DNA of 64,000 bases. Source: Solirubrobacteraceae bacterium. GTDB lineage: Bacteria > Actinomycetota > Thermoleophilia > Solirubrobacterales > Solirubrobacteraceae. The stretch covers positions 350 through 64,349 of the forward strand of contig DASZMP010000088.1 of assembly GCA_035551795.1 (NCBI GenBank), read 5' to 3'. Made by a program: the position numbers and the translations under genes. The first letter of the stretch is position 1. The number at the start of each line of letters is the position of its first letter. Below, one piece after another: positions 42,913 through 52,018 of the stretch. The notes under the pieces are model-generated. The model was not told where the DNA came from. It saw only the letters and a program-made list of their open reading frames with translations, and searched no databases.

Positions 42913-44111
42913 TGTCCATCGACGCACCGGATTTCACGCTCACCGCCGGTCCGACGATGGCCTCCCCCAGGGTGTTGGCCGCCCTGGGATCCCCGATCGT
43001 CTTCGACTACGACCCCGTGTTTCTGGAGCGGTTCCGGCACACGGAATCCTGCCTGGCCGAGGTGTTTCGCACCCGCCATGACGTGGTGCTCATGCAGGGC
43101 GAGGCGGTTCTCGGCCTCGAGGCGGCCGCGCGCGGCCTGGTCCGGCGGGGCATGCGGTGCCTGAACCTCGTCTCCGGCGTGTACGCCGCGTGGTTCGGGG
43201 ATTGGCTGCGTGCCTACGGCGCTGAGGTGACCGAGATCCGGGTGCCCTACGACGAGGCGCTCAACCCGGACGCCGTGGCGGTGGCGCTCGGTGAGCAGGG
43301 CCCATTCGAACTGGTCAGCGTGGTCCACTCCGAGACGCCGTCGGGCATCGAGAATCCCCTGGCCGCGATCGGTGCGCTGACTCACGAGCACGGGGCGCTG
43401 CTGCTGGCCGATGTCGTATCCGCCCTCGGTGGAACCGAGCTGGCGGTCGATGAGTGGCACGTCGACCTGGCCGTCGCCGGGCCGCAGAAATGTCTGGCCG
43501 GGCCCCCGGGTATGTCGCTCGTGACCGTGAGCCCGCGCGCCTGGGAGGCGATGGAGGCCAATCCGGGCGCCCCGCGGGGTTCGTTTCTCTCTCTGCTGGA
43601 CTGGAAGCACCGCTGGATCGATGGCGGGCGGGAGGCATTCCCATACACCCCCAGCGTCAGCGACGTCACCGGCGTCCTGGCCGCACTCGAGGAAACCCTA
43701 GACGCGGGCCTCGACCAGGTGATCGCCACCCATGCTCGAGCCGCCCGGGCCTGCCGGGCCGGCGTCCTCGGGCTGGGGCTTGAGCTGTGGCCACGCAACG
43801 AGTCCTATGCCGCCAACTGCGTCACCGCGGTCCGGCTGCCGCCGCACCTCGAGCCGGATCGCCTGCTCGCCCACGTGCGTCGTAACTATGGCGTGATGCT
43901 GTCGGCCGGCTACGGCGAGCTCAAGCCCAAGCTGATCCGCCTCGGTCACATGGGGCCGGCCAGCCGCTCGCTCTACCCTCTGGTGGCGGTCACCGCCCTG
44001 GGCCAGGGGATGAGCGATCTCGGCGCTGCAGTCGATGTCGGCGCCGGCGCCCAGGCGGTCATGTCGGTTCTTGGCGACCGCTTGGTGGTCGAGCAGGGAT
44101 CCGCGGCATGA
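42912..44111 (+). CDS. ppaT: Pyridoxamine-pyruvate aminotransferase-like (fold type I, class V)
   Basis: FTLTAGP, DYDPVF, GEAVLGLEAAA, LNLVSGVY, GPQKCL, ANPGAPRGSFLSLLDW, FPYTPSVS, RLGHMGP match the recalled M. loti PPAT. Confidence 0.8.
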   Translation: MSIDAPDFTLTAGPTMASPRVLAALGSPIVFDYDPVFLERFRHTESCLAEVFRTRHDVVLMQGEAVLGLEAAARGLVRRGMRCLNLVSGVYAAWFGDWLRAYGAEVTEIRVPYDEALNPDAVAVALGEQGPFELVSVVHSETPSGIENPLAAIGALTHEHGALLLADVVSALGGTELAVDEWHVDLAVAGPQKCLAGPPGMSLVTVSPRAWEAMEANPGAPRGSFLSLLDWKHRWIDGGREAFPYTPSVSDVTGVLAALEETLDAGLDQVIATHARAARACRAGVLGLGLELWPRNESYAANCVTAVRLPPHLEPDRLLAHVRRNYGVMLSAGYGELKPKLIRLGHMGPASRSLYPLVAVTALGQGMSDLGAAVDVGAGAQAVMSVLGDRLVVEQGSAA

Positions 44112-44977
44112 GGCTGACCCCGTTTCGCCTCCACCGGCCGAGCTCGATCAACGAGGCCAGCCAGCTCCTGACCGACCTCGGCCCAGACGCTCTGCCCTAC
44201 TGCGGCGGCACGGAGCTGCTGCTGGTGGCCAAGCTCGGCCTCACCGAGTTCACCGACCTGGTCGACCTCAAGGGCATCGAGGAGCTGCACGGGATCGAGG
44301 CCAATGGCGGGCTGCGGATCGGGGCGGCCGTCACCCATCGTGAGATCGAGCACGCCCCCGTGGTCCGCCAGGGCTGGCCGTCGCTGGCGGAGATGGAGCG
44401 CCGGGTGGGCAACATCCGGGTGCGCAGCGTGGGGACGATCGGCGGCAACCTGTGCTTTGCCGACCCGCACTCGGACCCGGCGACCTTTCTGATCGCCGCC
44501 GGCGGCACGGTGAGCGCTCGCGGCGCCGGCGGGCTGACCCGGGAGATCCCGATCGAGGACTTCACCCGCGGCCCGTATGAGACCGCGCTCGAGGAGGGCG
44601 AGCTGCTGGTCGGCGTTCACGTTCCTCGGCTGCCGGTCGCAAGCGCGCTCGTGCACCGCAAGATGTCCTTCCACGAGCGGCCGGCCATCACTGTGGCGCT
44701 TCGGGTGGAGGTGGCGGACGGCGCGGTCAGCGCCGTCCGTCTGGCCGTGGGATCCGTGGGCGTGGCCGCCCAGCGGCTGACCGAGGCCGAGCACGCCCTG
44801 TCCGGCGCCGTCCTCGAGGACCTTGACCCTCGCGATTGCGGCGAGGAGGCGGCCCGCCAGGCCCAGCCGGTCGAGGATTCCAACGGGTCGATCGAGTACA
44901 AGCGCCAGCTCGTCCGGGTGCTGGTCGGCCGGGCGGTGGCCGACGCCGTGGCCCTCGCCGGGGCGTGTGCGGCCTGA
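44108..44977 (+). CDS. Molybdenum hydroxylase FAD-binding (medium) subunit
   Basis: GGTELL, LRIGAAVTH, IRVRSVGTIGGNLCFADPHSD. Confidence 0.9.
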   Translation: MRLTPFRLHRPSSINEASQLLTDLGPDALPYCGGTELLLVAKLGLTEFTDLVDLKGIEELHGIEANGGLRIGAAVTHREIEHAPVVRQGWPSLAEMERRVGNIRVRSVGTIGGNLCFADPHSDPATFLIAAGGTVSARGAGGLTREIPIEDFTRGPYETALEEGELLVGVHVPRLPVASALVHRKMSFHERPAITVALRVEVADGAVSAVRLAVGSVGVAAQRLTEAEHALSGAVLEDLDPRDCGEEAARQAQPVEDSNGSIEYKRQLVRVLVGRAVADAVALAGACAA

Positions 44978-44982
44978 CCCCC

Positions 44983-46176
44983 GTGGCGCGTGCCGCCACC
45001 CCGTGGCGCGTGTCGCCTGAGCTTCTGGTTCGCGCGGGCAAGCGGCGAGACGAGCTGGTCAAGCTCGTGTTGGCGATGGCGCAGCTGGATGCCCCGAGCG
45101 GCGCCGGAGCCCCGGCGATGACGGCGGCGGCCGACCAGCTCGCCGCTCGGCTGTCCGGCCTGCCGACGGCCAGGCTGCAGCGGACCGCAGGTGAGCAGGG
45201 CGACGTGCTTGAGGTCCGCCTGGGCTGCGGCCAGGGCGTCGGGGTTCTGATCCTGGGGCACTACGACACGGTCTGGCCCGCCGGCACGGCGGCCAGCCGA
45301 CCTCCCGGGCTCTCAGACGACGGGCGGGTCATCCGCGGACCCGGCGTGTTCGACATGCGGGGAGGAATTGCCGCCACCCTGGTCGCGCTGCGCCTGCTGG
45401 CCGACGCCGATCCGGTGCGTCCAGTGACGGTCCTGCTCACCCCCGACGAGGAGACCGGCAGCGCCACCTCCGAGGAGAGGATCGTGACGCTCGCCCGCCA
45501 GGCCGAGGTGGTGTTGGTCCTCGAGCCGCCGCTTCCGGGAGGAGCCCTCAAGACCTCGCGTCGCGGCTGGGCCGTCTACCGCCTGATGGTCACCGGGCGA
45601 GCCGCCCATGCCGGCCTTGAGCCTGAGCGGGGAGTGAACGCGATCGATGAGCTCTGTGACCGGCTCATCGACGTCCGCGAGCTGGCCGGCGTTGAGCGCG
45701 GAACCACGCTCAACGCCGGTCGGATTGAGGGTGGCGGCGCCCCCAACGTGGTGCCGGAACACGCGGAGGCTCTGATCGACGTCCGCGGAACCTCGGTCGA
45801 GGAGCAGGAGCGCGTCGACGCGGCGCTGTGTGCGCTGAAGGTCCGCCGCCCTGGCGCGTCAGTTGAGGTGAGCCGGCTGCACCTGCGCCCGGCCATGGAG
45901 CGCTCGGCCGCAGTCGCGGACGCCTTCGAGCACGCGCAGGAACTCGCCGCGGCGGAGCTCGGCATAGCCCTCCGGGAGGGCGCCGCCGGCGGGACCAGTG
46001 ACGCCAACCTGATCGCCCACCTGGGAGTTCCCGTGCTTGATGGCCTGGGCCCGGAGGGCGGCGGAGCTCATGCTCTCGACGAGCACATCCTCGTCGACTC
46101 GCTGGTGGAGCGTACGGCGCTGCTCGCGCTGCTGGTCAGCTCCGGCCGATGGACATCCCCACCGGGTGCGGGTTGA
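44983..46176 (+). CDS. M20 family metallopeptidase/amidohydrolase (carboxypeptidase G2-like)
   Basis: GHYDTVW, GPGVFDMRGG, DEETGS, GRAAHAG, GGTSDAN, GAHALDE. Start approximate. Confidence 0.85.
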   Translation: MARAATPWRVSPELLVRAGKRRDELVKLVLAMAQLDAPSGAGAPAMTAAADQLAARLSGLPTARLQRTAGEQGDVLEVRLGCGQGVGVLILGHYDTVWPAGTAASRPPGLSDDGRVIRGPGVFDMRGGIAATLVALRLLADADPVRPVTVLLTPDEETGSATSEERIVTLARQAEVVLVLEPPLPGGALKTSRRGWAVYRLMVTGRAAHAGLEPERGVNAIDELCDRLIDVRELAGVERGTTLNAGRIEGGGAPNVVPEHAEALIDVRGTSVEEQERVDAALCALKVRRPGASVEVSRLHLRPAMERSAAVADAFEHAQELAAAELGIALREGAAGGTSDANLIAHLGVPVLDGLGPEGGGAHALDEHILVDSLVERTALLALLVSSGRWTSPPGAG

Positions 46177-46195
46177 CCGGCCCGGGGATCGCCCT

Positions 46196-46942
46196 TCAGC
46201 GGGGATACATGCCTCCATCGATCCCCACCACCTGGCTGGTCACGTAACCGTTGCCCAGGATCGCCAGGGCCAGGTCGGCCACCTCACCGGGCCGGCCCAG
46301 CCGGCCGACCGGGATCCGCTGCGCCAGGTCGCCCGGGTCACCGGGCAGCATCGTCGTGTTCTCAATCAGCGCCGGAGCGATCGCGTTGACGGTCACGCCC
46401 TCGCCCGCCACGCGCGAGGCGATGAAGTGCAGCAGTCCGTGCAGCCCCGCCTTGGAGGCCGCGTAATGGGGTCCTACGAGGCCGCCTGTGAAGGCGGCCA
46501 CCGAGGAGCTGAACAGGATCCGGCCCCACCTCTGCTCCCGCATGTGGGGGAGCACGCGCCGGGCCTGGAGAAACGGCGCGCGCAGGTTGACGGCCAGCGC
46601 CTGCTCCAAGCTCTCCGCGTCGATCTCCTCGAGCGGCGCCGGTGAGCTCAGGCCTGCGTTGGCAATCAGGATGTCCACCGGTCCCAGGCGATCCTCCACC
46701 TCGCCGATCAGCGCCTCGGCCCGGTCCGCCTGGGCCAGGTCAGCCTGGAAGGCGGCGGTCTCCGCGCCCTGCGCCCGGATCTCCTCGACCAATCGCTCGG
46801 CGGCCTCGGTTCCAGATCGGTAGTGCACGGCCACGCTCGCGCCATCGGCGGCCAAGCGGCGGGATATGGCACCGCCGATCCCACCGCTGGCGCCGGTGAC
46901 CAGTGCCACGCGTCCCGCGAAGGAACGCTGCTCTGCGGCCAA
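46196..46942 (-). CDS. SDR family oxidoreductase
   Basis: TGASGGIG, ANAG, YAASK. Confidence 0.88.
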   Translation of the reverse strand: MAAEQRSFAGRVALVTGASGGIGGAISRRLAADGASVAVHYRSGTEAAERLVEEIRAQGAETAAFQADLAQADRAEALIGEVEDRLGPVDILIANAGLSSPAPLEEIDAESLEQALAVNLRAPFLQARRVLPHMREQRWGRILFSSSVAAFTGGLVGPHYAASKAGLHGLLHFIASRVAGEGVTVNAIAPALIENTTMLPGDPGDLAQRIPVGRLGRPGEVADLALAILGNGYVTSQVVGIDGGMYPR

Positions 46943-46944
46943 TG

Positions 46945-47250
46945 TCAGCCCGACCGTGAACGGCGCTTCTGGGAGACGGCCCGGATCAACTGCGCCTTGC
47001 CCATCTTCGAGCGGCCGTCGATGCCGAGGCGGGCAGCCTCACGGCGAAGCTCGGTGACGGTCATCGCACCGGCACCGCTCCCGGTGCCACTCGTCGCGCC
47101 ACGCTTGCGCGCGGCCGCCTTGGCCCCCTCACGCCCGAGGGCCGAGCGGGTCTGCGGTGACAGGTTCGAGATGGTGCGTTTCTGGCGCGCCCCGGCCTGC
47201 GCCTTCTTCACGTTCTTGCGCGCTGTCTCGCGCTGCTTGGTGGTAGCCAT
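46945..47250 (-). CDS. Small basic protein with C-terminal Rho-N/HeH-like motif
   Basis: K/R-rich; MTVTELRREAARLGIDGRSKMGKAQLIRA. GGGTAG just upstream resembles a SigB/SigF-type -10. Confidence 0.7.
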   Translation of the reverse strand: MATTKQRETARKNVKKAQAGARQKRTISNLSPQTRSALGREGAKAAARKRGATSGTGSGAGAMTVTELRREAARLGIDGRSKMGKAQLIRAVSQKRRSRSG

Positions 47251-47270
47251 ATCCCGGGGCTACCCGATTC

Positions 47271-48416
47271 TCACGCTGCGAGCACAGCCTGAAGCTCGCC
47301 CATCGCGCGCTCCAGCTGCTCGTCGCTCAGATACGGCGCCGGCCCGAAGCGCAGGAACTCCCCGCGGTGGTCGGTGAACACGCCGCGCTCGAACAGGGCA
47401 GCCTGCAGCTCGGCCGCCCGCGGGGTGCGGAGGGCCAGGAAGCCGCCGAAGTGTTCGAGCGGCGTGTCCCGGTCACGGGTGATCGACGAGCTGTCGATCC
47501 GGTCGAACGCTTCGGCCAGGACGGCCAGCTGACTCTGATAGCACTCCCGCAGCACTTGGGGACTGAGCCCCTGCTCGATGAAGAAGTCGAGCACCCGGGC
47601 GGCCCGGTAGTGGCTCGCTGGGTCATAGGTGGAACCGGCAAACGCCTCGGCGCGCGGGCCATACGGGATGCGGGCTGGCCGGCCCGCATCCCTTTCCAGT
47701 CGGGAGAACTCGGCGTACCAGCCGGTGATCACGGGACGCCAGTCCCAGGCGTGCTCCGGGATCCGCAGGAAGCAGTTGCCCTCCCCCAGTTGCAGGTACT
47801 TGTAGCCACCGCCCACAACCCAGGCGGAGCGGGGAGCGGCGAAGGGGACCGTGCCGAGCGCGTGGTAGGCGTCGAGCAGCAGCTCGACCGAGCGCTCCGC
47901 ACACGTGCCCGCCAGCTCCGCGAGTCCGGGAACGATGCGCGCGTCCTCGAACAGCACCGCGGACACCAGCACGGCGGCGGTCTCGGAGTCGATCGCCGTG
48001 GCCAGTCGCTCAGCCAGCGTGTCCACCGGCCGCGCGGCCACCCCGACCACCTCCACGCCGGCCTCGGCCAGGCGGCCCAGCTGGCGGCGCAGCGTGTGAA
48101 ACTCGCCATCGGTGGTGATCAGCCGGCCCCGCAGGTCGAGCGCCGATAGGAAGCGCAGTACCAGCTCGTGGGTGCTGGAGCCCAGCGCGATCTCCGCCTC
48201 CGGATCGCCGATCAGCGAGCGGTACCCCCGCCGCACACGGTCGGCCTTGGCGAACGCTCGCCCCCACTTGGTGTCCACGAGCTCCGCCGAGTCCTCGAAG
48301 CTCTCGCTGACCCCATCGAACGCCACGTCCGGCCAGGCCTGGTGCGAGTGGCCGGTGAGCAGGAGCCGCTCGCTCACGCGAAACCGGGTGTAGTGCGCGG
48401 CCAGCCCGTCGATCAC
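47271..48416 (-). CDS. kynU: Kynureninase
   Basis: LTGHSHQAWP, LDAYH, GGYKYLQLGEG, PVITGWY. The GTG overlaps the kynA stop. Confidence 0.85.
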   Translation of the reverse strand: MIDGLAAHYTRFRVSERLLLTGHSHQAWPDVAFDGVSESFEDSAELVDTKWGRAFAKADRVRRGYRSLIGDPEAEIALGSSTHELVLRFLSALDLRGRLITTDGEFHTLRRQLGRLAEAGVEVVGVAARPVDTLAERLATAIDSETAAVLVSAVLFEDARIVPGLAELAGTCAERSVELLLDAYHALGTVPFAAPRSAWVVGGGYKYLQLGEGNCFLRIPEHAWDWRPVITGWYAEFSRLERDAGRPARIPYGPRAEAFAGSTYDPASHYRAARVLDFFIEQGLSPQVLRECYQSQLAVLAEAFDRIDSSSITRDRDTPLEHFGGFLALRTPRAAELQAALFERGVFTDHRGEFLRFGPAPYLSDEQLERAMGELQAVLAA

Positions 48417-49156
48417 AGCTGCGTGCGCACCGCCCACAGGTCCGGGAAGGCGGGTCGCAGGAGCGTGGCGGCGAGGTATTGGGCGCCCGAGGACCCGCCG
48501 GTGCCCATCCGATCGCCGATCGTGCGGCGGACCATCTGCACGTGGCGGTAGCGCCACTCCATCACGCCCTCGTCGAGGTCGATCATCCGCTCGCACACCT
48601 GCGCCGGCTCGCCGTCGTCGCGGTAGGCGGCGAGGATCGCGGACTGCGCACCGGCCTCACCGGACGCGTAACCCTGGGTGGCCAGGTACCTGAGCAGTGA
48701 GTCGAACAGCGACGGCTGCCCCATCGTGCTTCCGATGCGCTCCCGCTCGGCCGAGCCCTCGGCGTAGGGCTTGAGCATCACCGGGTCGCGCCGCCCCATC
48801 AGCGCCTCCAGCTCCCGGAACTGCGCGGACTGGAACCCGCTCGCCGCCTCCAGCCGGTCCCGGAAGGAAAGGAACTGGCTGGGTGTCATCGTCTCCAGCA
48901 CGTCCACCTGCGCGACCACCGTCTTGAGGATCGTGAGGATCCGCTTGGCCGTGTGCAGGACGTGCGAGGTGTCCCCATCCTCGAACCGTCCCTGGAGCCA
49001 CCTCCCCTCGTGCAGGAGCTGCTTGAACCACAGCTCGTAGACCTGGTGGATGACGATGAACAGCATCTCGTCGTGCTCTCCCGAGGCCGGGCGCTGGGCG
49101 GCCAGCAGCTCGTCCAGCGCCAGGTAGGACGAGTACGTGAGCGCGCGCTGCGACAC
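48413..49156 (-). CDS. kynA: Tryptophan 2,3-dioxygenase
   Basis: HDEMLFIVIHQVYELWFKQ, ASGFQSAQFRELE, GTGGSSG. Confidence 0.95.
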   Translation of the reverse strand: MSQRALTYSSYLALDELLAAQRPASGEHDEMLFIVIHQVYELWFKQLLHEGRWLQGRFEDGDTSHVLHTAKRILTILKTVVAQVDVLETMTPSQFLSFRDRLEAASGFQSAQFRELEALMGRRDPVMLKPYAEGSAERERIGSTMGQPSLFDSLLRYLATQGYASGEAGAQSAILAAYRDDGEPAQVCERMIDLDEGVMEWRYRHVQMVRRTIGDRMGTGGSSGAQYLAATLLRPAFPDLWAVRTQL

Positions 49157-49166
49157 GGGGCCAGCA

Positions 49167-49203
49167 TAAGGGGTCCCGTCAGAATTACTGACGGGACCCC
49201 TAA
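49167..49203. repeat. Perfect palindrome flanked by TAA direct repeats (MITE-like footprint or operator)
   Basis: TAA-GGGGTCCCGTCAG-AATTA-CTGACGGGACCCC-TAA between divergent genes. Confidence 0.75.
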
Positions 49204-49235
49204 GCGCGCCCGGCTGGCGATCCCGCGGTCATGAT

Positions 49236-49742
49236 GTGGCCATGACCAGGACCCAGATCACGATCCAAGACCGCGAGTTCACCGTCTACGACCACGGACG
49301 CAGCGACGGACCGGCGATCGTGTATCACCATGGCACCCCGGCCTCCGGCGAGCCACTGGACCAGCTGCTGGCCGCTAGCCCCGAGCAGCTGCGCGAAATG
49401 GTCTCGACTCTGGTCGTCGGTCCCGACAGCGCGGTCATGCAGGGACCGGTCGGCGAGTACTGGGCCTCCGCCATGCCTCAGGCGTTCAAGCACGGCGTGC
49501 AGGGATGGGTGGACGACGATCTCGCGTTCGCGGAGCCGTTCGGCTTCGAGCTGAGCGACATCCGCGTGCCTACGCTGATCGTCCACGGCCGCCAAGACTC
49601 GTTTGTTCCGGTGGCGCACGGCGAATGGCTGGCCAGGGAGATGCCGAACGCCGAGTCGTGGATCCTGGAGGACGAGGCGCATCTGTCATTGCTGGCGAAC
49701 CGCATGCCCGATGTGTTCGACTGGCTCCTGGCCCAGGCATAG
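49236..49742 (+). pseudogene. Alpha/beta hydrolase with in-frame internal deletion
   Basis: Has YHHGTP (oxyanion loop), HGRQD and AHLS, but lacks the DRPG and GxSxG nucleophile segment; only 168 aa. Confidence 0.65.
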
Positions 49743-49751
49743 AGTGCGCGC

Positions 49752-50480
49752 ATGGCCGAGGTGCTGCGCCTAAACGAGCTGACCTCGCCGAGGCTGGCTG
49801 AGGTTCTGGCGTGGCGCCCCGTCGGGCTCTGGCCGGTGGGCGCCGTGGAGCCGCACGGTCCGCACGCCCCGCTCGGCACCGACACGCTGATCGCGGCCGG
49901 GGTCTGCGAGCGAGCTGCCGCCCGGCTCGGGGATCCGCCCTGCGTGGTGCTCCCGGCGCTGCCGTTCGGCGTGACCCGGTATGCGGCGAGCTTCGCCGGC
50001 GCGCTGGGCGTCACCGAGGCCACCCTGGCCGGCGTGGTGCGCGACGTGGCCGCCGCGGCAGACGCGCAGGGTTTCCGGAAGATTGTGGTGGTCAACTGCC
50101 ACTTCGAGCCCGAGCAGGTGCAGACGCTGCGGGCGGTGTGCGCTGAGGCCGGAGTGCTCTACCTGGACCTGGTGCGTCGCCGCGCGGCTGAGCGGCTCAC
50201 CGAGGAGTTCCGCCGCGGGTCCTGCCATGCCGGGCGCTACGAGACGTCGCTGGTGCTGGCCGATGCCCCGGAGCTCGTCGACCGGGCGCGCATGCGCGAG
50301 CTGCCCGCGGTGCCCGTGGATATGCCGGCCGCGATGGCCTCTGGCCTCAACGATTTCCCGTCGATGGGAATGACGGAGGCGTACTGCGGCGCCCCGGCCG
50401 AGGCCACCGCGCAGGAGGGAGTGGTGACCTTCGAGACGCTCACGGACATGCTCGTGGAGTTGATCCTCCAGCAGGCATGA
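49752..50480 (+). CDS. Creatininase-family amidohydrolase
   Basis: GAVEPHGPHAPLGTD, VNCH, HAGRYETS. Leaderless TAGAGT. Confidence 0.85.
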   Translation: MAEVLRLNELTSPRLAEVLAWRPVGLWPVGAVEPHGPHAPLGTDTLIAAGVCERAAARLGDPPCVVLPALPFGVTRYAASFAGALGVTEATLAGVVRDVAAAADAQGFRKIVVVNCHFEPEQVQTLRAVCAEAGVLYLDLVRRRAAERLTEEFRRGSCHAGRYETSLVLADAPELVDRARMRELPAVPVDMPAAMASGLNDFPSMGMTEAYCGAPAEATAQEGVVTFETLTDMLVELILQQA

Positions 50481-52018
50481 CGGGCGAGCGCTTCAACCTG
50501 GCCAGCTGGTTCGTCGATCGCCACGTCGCGGAGGGTCGCGGTGACCGGGTCGCCCTGTACTGCGGCGAGCGGCGCGTGACCTACGCAGAGCTGTCGGTCG
50601 AGGTGGCCCGGGTCGGCAACGTGCTGCGCGAGCTCGGGGTGCGCCAGGAGGAGCGGGTGCTGCTGGCTTTGCGGGATGGCGTCGAGTTCGTGGCCAGCTG
50701 GTACGCCGCCCAGAAGCTCGGCGCGGTGACCGCCGAGGTCTACACCTTCCTGCCTGCCAAGGATCTCGCCTACTTTTTGAACTACACCCGGGCCGGCGTG
50801 GTGATCGTCGACACCTCGACGCTGGCGGCCGTTCGCGAGGCCCGCGAGATGCTGGGCCCCGACAGCCCGTGGCCGCGGGCGCTGCTGGTCGCCGGTGCCC
50901 GCCCCGAGGAGCTGCTTGGAGGCGAGGGCTCGTATGACGAGCTGGTGGCGCAGGCTTCGGGTGAGCTTGATCCAGCCCCGACCCGACCGGACGACATCGC
51001 GCTGTGGAAGTTCACCACCGGCTCCACCGGTATGCCCAAGGCGTGCGTGCACCGGACGGTGACGCCGTACCTGAGCTTCCACGCTTACGCGCGCGGCGTA
51101 CTTGACATCCGCGAGGACGACATCGTCCTGCCGGTCCCGAAGCTGTTCTTCGGCTACGCCCGGGACCTGGCCGCGCTGTATCCGTTCGGAGCGGGCGGTG
51201 CCGGGATCGTGTTCCCGGAGCGGCCGACTCCGGAGCTGCTGTTCGAGCTCGCCGGCAGGTTCAAACCGACGATCCTCGTCAACGTGCCTACGATGATCCG
51301 GGCGATGCTGGAGGCGCCGAGCGATCTCTCGTCTCTGCGCCTGTGCACTTCGGCCGGGGAGGCGCTCCCGGTGGCTTTGCACGAGCGGTGGACTTCGAGA
51401 TTCGGCGTCGAGCTGCTGGACGGGATCGGCTCCTCGGAGGCCTACCACATCTACATCTCATCCCGTCCGGGCCGCGTGCAGCCGGGACGGCTCGGCGAGG
51501 TCGTCCCGGGGTACCGCGCCCGGGTGGTCGACGAGTCCGGCTTGGAGGTAGCGGACGGTGAGACAGGTCGCCTGTGGGTGAGCGGTGAGACGACCGCGCT
51601 GATGTACTGGGACGCGCGCGAAAAGTCAGTCGAGACCTACGCCGGAGACACGGTGATGAGCGGCGACCTGTTCGCGCGTCATGCAGACGGCTTCTTCGAG
51701 TACCGGGGCCGGGCCGACGACATGCTCAAGGTGGGCGGGATCTGGGTGGCGCCGCAGGAGATCGAGCGCTGCCTGACCGGCCACCCAGACGTGGCCGACT
51801 GTGCCGTGGTGGGATACCTGGAGGACGGTCTGGAGCTGCCCCGGGCGTTTGTGATGCTGCGTTCCGGGGCCGTGGCGGATCCGGCTGCGTTGCAGAGCTT
51901 CGTGAAGGGTGCGCTCTCCCCCCACAAGTACCCGCGCGATGTGCGGTTCGTGGACGAGCTGCCGCGCACGGGGTCGGGCAAGGTGGACCGGCGGGCGCTG
52001 CGGGAGCGGGCGGACTGA
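50477..52018 (+). CDS. Benzoate-CoA ligase family; probable anthranilate-CoA ligase
   Basis: FTTGSTGMPK, PKLFFGY, TSAGEALP, DGIGSSE, GRADDMLKVGGIWV, TGSGK. Lies between the kyn and abmA genes. Confidence 0.85.
   Translation: MTGERFNLASWFVDRHVAEGRGDRVALYCGERRVTYAELSVEVARVGNVLRELGVRQEERVLLALRDGVEFVASWYAAQKLGAVTAEVYTFLPAKDLAYFLNYTRAGVVIVDTSTLAAVREAREMLGPDSPWPRALLVAGARPEELLGGEGSYDELVAQASGELDPAPTRPDDIALWKFTTGSTGMPKACVHRTVTPYLSFHAYARGVLDIREDDIVLPVPKLFFGYARDLAALYPFGAGGAGIVFPERPTPELLFELAGRFKPTILVNVPTMIRAMLEAPSDLSSLRLCTSAGEALPVALHERWTSRFGVELLDGIGSSEAYHIYISSRPGRVQPGRLGEVVPGYRARVVDESGLEVADGETGRLWVSGETTALMYWDAREKSVETYAGDTVMSGDLFARHADGFFEYRGRADDMLKVGGIWVAPQEIERCLTGHPDVADCAVVGYLEDGLELPRAFVMLRSGAVADPAALQSFVKGALSPHKYPRDVRFVDELPRTGSGKVDRRALRERAD

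Noticed and set aside
49752..50480. Mycofactocin peptidase MftE or a RiPP cluster
   Set aside because: No precursor peptide, radical SAM or RRE genes in the window.
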